Origin: an uncultured Solibacteraceae bacterium
GTDB lineage: Bacteria; Acidobacteriota; Terriglobia; 20CM-2-55-15
Assembly (NCBI GenBank): GCA_964584785.1
Contig: CAZPBY010000011.1
Location: forward strand, 65,877 to 129,876
Reading direction: 5' to 3'
DNA: 64,000 nt
The notes beneath the pieces were generated by a model, which searched no databases, had not been told where the DNA came from, and worked only from the letters and a program-made list of their open reading frames with translations. Below are positions 62,001 through 64,000 of this stretch, one piece after another (the stretch's first letter is position 1; each line of letters starts with the position of its first letter). The translations under genes were made by a program, and so were the position numbers.

Positions 62001-62222
62001 GTTGAGTTGCGTCTCGAGCGGCAGCGTTACAAGCTGCTCCACTTCTTCCACAGATAACCCGACGGCCTCCGTCTGAATGACGACTTGCGGAGGAGCGAAC
62101 TCTGGGAACACATCCAGAGGAACCTGCAGAGCCGCCCGAACCCCGAATGCAACGAGCAGTAGAACGAGAATAAGCATGACCAGGCGGTTTTGTAGCGACC
62201 ACAGAATGATCCGATTCAGCAT
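59076..62222 (-). CDS. czcA: Heavy-metal efflux RND transporter (CzcA/CusA family, HME-RND)
   Basis: 1048 aa. N-terminus MLNRIILWSLQNRLVMLILVLLLVAFG…LDVFPEF is typical of CzcA/CusA. 12-TM topology with two large periplasmic loops. Confidence 0.9.
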   Translation of the reverse strand: MLNRIILWSLQNRLVMLILVLLLVAFGVRAALQVPLDVFPEFAPPQVVIQTEAVGLSVEEVEQLVTLPLETQLNGTAELDTIRSSSIVGLSVITCVFQVNTDIFRARQLITEKLQLASTHLPATAGQPQMMPISPPAGVLLKISLTSDKTSLMDLRTMADWTLRPRLLAVPGIAQVTTFGGEVKQYQVIPDPVKLKDYGVTLTQVVTAARSANAIAGAGFFDTRQQSMVIQGEGRVHSISDLENATVEVKNKVPVRIRDVAQVRLGAEYKVGDSSTFGKPSVFLMVNKQPWANTLTTTHAAEAALEEVKRALPSDVILDPAIFRQADFIERAISNINSAMIQGGILVIIVLIVFLFSWRAGLISFTAIPLSLLAAIIALDRLGGTINTMTLGGLAIAIGEVVDDAIIDVENVFRRLRENGAREKPEPVLSVIYRASTEVRGSVVYATVIVALVFLPIFSLSGLAGRIFAPLGYAYIIAILASLFVALTVTPALCYFFLPGVAMRPEDTQTTAFLKRRYRRYLDPVLNHPGAVLVVSILLLAGALIAVPFLGGEFLPEFNEGSLIIHMNGLPGTSLEESMRVGAIVQDRLRQVPETLKTAQRSGRTELGEDTFGPNITELDVNLKDTSRVRDEVLDDVRRHLEDIVGFTFNVMQFISERIEETLTGTTATVVVKVFGPDLDVLQAKGEEVRNVMAQIEGVTDLAVEQQTGVPKLLIQFRRDPMALHGLNSRDVAEAIETGFFGTKVSDVFEQQRSFDLVVRFDPATASDLDAIRGTLIDTPLGGKIPLAQFADIEIVNAPGMINRENAQRRVVVSSNISGSLSSVVPEVKQRVAEKVKLPSGYYIAYGGQYEAQTEAFRQIMLLGTAAVVGIFLLLFLAFRSLRQAVLVMSNLPLALIGGVGAVLIASEGETSVASLVGFVTLFGIATRNGIMLMTHYNHLMIEENLPFGRELVIRGAMERLAPILMTALTAGLGLLPLALSAGRPGRELEQPMAVVIIGGLLTSTFLNMIVLPTLFLKFGREVQPEQRAILRRKMAREHLSISGEEAL

Positions 62223-62228
62223 ATTCTC

Positions 62229-63470
62229 TTAAGGCTGCGCGCTATCGCGCTTGCGCTTCGCGGCGTTGCCTCGCTCCTCATCGGCCGGGATGAGGCTCTT
62301 CAGCGCTTCGCTATTCAAGGACTGCGCGCCGACTGAAACGACTTTCTCGCCGGCGGAAAGCCCTTCAAGAATTGCGATGTTGCCAACCCTCCGAGCGCCG
62401 GGTGTCACGGCACGACGCTGAAAGACTCCGGGTTGGGTTTCAACGAAAACACTCGAGATGCCTTGCTCCGAGAGAATCGCCGCGGCCGGCACGACAATGG
62501 TTTTTTGAGGTTTCCCCGTTGGTATGCGCGCTTCAATGGCCATTTCGATTTTGAGGTTCTGGTTGGAGTTTGGAACCGCGAAGGTGACCGGAATCGTGCG
62601 GTTCTGCGCATCAACGGCGATACCGATATTCACCAGCCGGCCGTGGTGGGACCGCGATGGGTCGGATGGAATGACGATCTCCGCGGTTAAGGCACGCCGT
62701 ATCTTTGTCAGATCGCTCTCGTGAACGGCAGCTTCCGCCCACACGGTGGCCGTGTCCACGATCGTCATCAGGCTCTTCGAAGGTTCAACTTGCTCGCCGG
62801 GAATCAGATTCAGTGAAGTAATCGCTCCGGAGATGGGGGCACGAATGGGCGTCCGCCGCTGCTCGCTTTGTTGCGCCGCGGCCTGGTCGTATTCAGCCCC
62901 GGCGCGTTGCGCTCCTTCCAGCTTTGCTTGTGCCTGCTTTAGATTCGATTCGGTCGCTTGAAATTCTTTGAGAGCAATTGCACCGCCGTCATACAGCTGT
63001 CGAGACCTGTCGAACTCCATCTGTCGGAGGTCGACTTCCTGCCGGGCCTGGTCGATCTCGCTCTGAAGCTGCAGGGAAGCGGTTTTGAATTGCACACGCT
63101 CGGACGCGGCAAATATCTGCTCAATGTCGGCGAGAAATTGGCCTGCCCGAACTTGATCGCCGAGGCGCGGTAAGCGGTCCGCCTCAGCCAGGACCCTCCC
63201 TGGGAAGGGGGCGAATACCTGGCTTTCGGCTCCGGAGCGCGGCTTGATGCGGCCTATTGCGTCGATCGTTGGAGAGATTTCTTCTTCGACCACCTTGGTT
63301 GTTTGAATATTGTTCGTCTTAATTTGTTCCGCTGTGAGGTGAACCGCTCCGTCCGGCGAGATGTGCGTCTTTGAATGTTCGTCCTGGCGCTCTTCCCGCC
63401 CGCGGCCCGCGTCTGAAGTGCACGCTCCGAGCGGAATACACAATAGAAATGCAAAAATGTACTCTCGCAT
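62229..63470 (-). CDS. RND efflux periplasmic adaptor (CzcB/CusB family)
   Basis: Lipoprotein-like N-terminus (…LGACTS). HlyD-like coiled-coil and beta-barrel segments. Confidence 0.75.
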   Translation of the reverse strand: MREYIFAFLLCIPLGACTSDAGRGREERQDEHSKTHISPDGAVHLTAEQIKTNNIQTTKVVEEEISPTIDAIGRIKPRSGAESQVFAPFPGRVLAEADRLPRLGDQVRAGQFLADIEQIFAASERVQFKTASLQLQSEIDQARQEVDLRQMEFDRSRQLYDGGAIALKEFQATESNLKQAQAKLEGAQRAGAEYDQAAAQQSEQRRTPIRAPISGAITSLNLIPGEQVEPSKSLMTIVDTATVWAEAAVHESDLTKIRRALTAEIVIPSDPSRSHHGRLVNIGIAVDAQNRTIPVTFAVPNSNQNLKIEMAIEARIPTGKPQKTIVVPAAAILSEQGISSVFVETQPGVFQRRAVTPGARRVGNIAILEGLSAGEKVVSVGAQSLNSEALKSLIPADEERGNAAKRKRDSAQP

Positions 63471-63512
63471 AAATAATCCTCGATGAATTGAAATGAGCGG
63501 GCTACAAACGTT

Positions 63513-63863
63513 CTAGATTCGGAAGTCGTGCAGCGTGAGGAATAAGGCGCGGTCTGTCGTGCTTCGGGGAAGCATCGCGCTGATCTGCCCTTCAACGCCG
63601 CGCAGGCGCGTTGGACCGAGGATCCGTTTGCGAAACGATATCAGACGCAAACCGGTTACGGTCCGGCGCAGAGCGAAAGCCAGAAAGCAAAACAGGCACA
63701 GCGCGTACCGGGCCAGGTCCGAAGTATCCTGAGCGATGCCGTCGGTCTTGTCGAACACCTCGAAGACTGGGGATATAGCGACGACCGCTATGAAAAGCAG
63801 GGCAACCCATTTCGCGATGTCGCGCATAGGAGAAGCATACGCATGAAAGGAGACCAAGAGCAA
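63513..63863 (-). CDS. Small two-TM hypothetical membrane protein upstream of the RND operon
   Basis: An ORF with two hydrophobic helices. No family recognised. The start is uncertain (possibly the internal Met MRDIAKW). Confidence 0.3.
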   Translation of the reverse strand: MLLVSFHAYASPMRDIAKWVALLFIAVVAISPVFEVFDKTDGIAQDTSDLARYALCLFCFLAFALRRTVTGLRLISFRKRILGPTRLRGVEGQISAMLPRSTTDRALFLTLHDFRI

Positions 63864-64000
63864 GCGGGGCCAACCGCGATTGTGAGCCGGTTTGTCTTGG
63901 AACTGCTATCCCGCGCGATGACTTGGGCGGTTAAGGGCGGATCGCGTCGAGGGTGGCGAAATGATCGGTGAGATCCGATGTGGATGACGGGTCTCCCGAG

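Overview
High-GC bacterial chromosomal segment. The DUF1592/DUF1552 pair, the many GT-C membrane proteins and the codon usage suggest an Acidobacteriota- or Planctomycetota-like organism; this is inference only. No rRNA, tRNA, CRISPR array, transposase or integrase was recognised. The dominant feature is a complete Tad/Flp (type IVc) pilus locus split in two. A pseudopilin operon (tadE-tadE-tadG, then a TonB-like gene) lies on the minus strand at 0.5-5.2 kb. The main operon lies on the plus strand at 14.8-23.1 kb (two flp pilin paralogs, then cpaA-B-C-E-F-tadB-tadC). A six-gene island at 5.3-14.0 kb sits between the two arms. It encodes only polytopic GT-C-type membrane proteins: one GT39/PMT-ArnT-like protein, two DUF2029/GT87-like proteins, a paralog pair of an unassigned 'DxWWH' family, and one further membrane protein. 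A J-domain/winged-helix protein follows the island. I regard this island as the best candidate for a previously undescribed system: a periplasmic, polyprenol-phosphate-sugar-dependent glycosylation module dedicated to the Tad pilus. The likely targets are the Flp pilins or the unusually large Ser/Thr-rich TadG. The rest of the window is housekeeping. It holds a purine biosynthesis cluster (purB-S-Q-L-F-M-N), tyrS, an acyl-synthetase/ACP/acyltransferase fusion, pncB, and an IorAB-type and a three-subunit XDH/CoxSML-type molybdoenzyme cluster. It also holds lspA, a DUF1592(2xCXXCH)/DUF1552/exported-ankyrin operon, a UPF0182 membrane protein and a czcCBA-type RND efflux operon. A family of roughly 85-105 bp palindromic REP/MITE-like elements occurs five times in intergenic spacers, along with several other long palindromes. 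Many long antisense ORFs in the six-frame track are high-GC artefacts.
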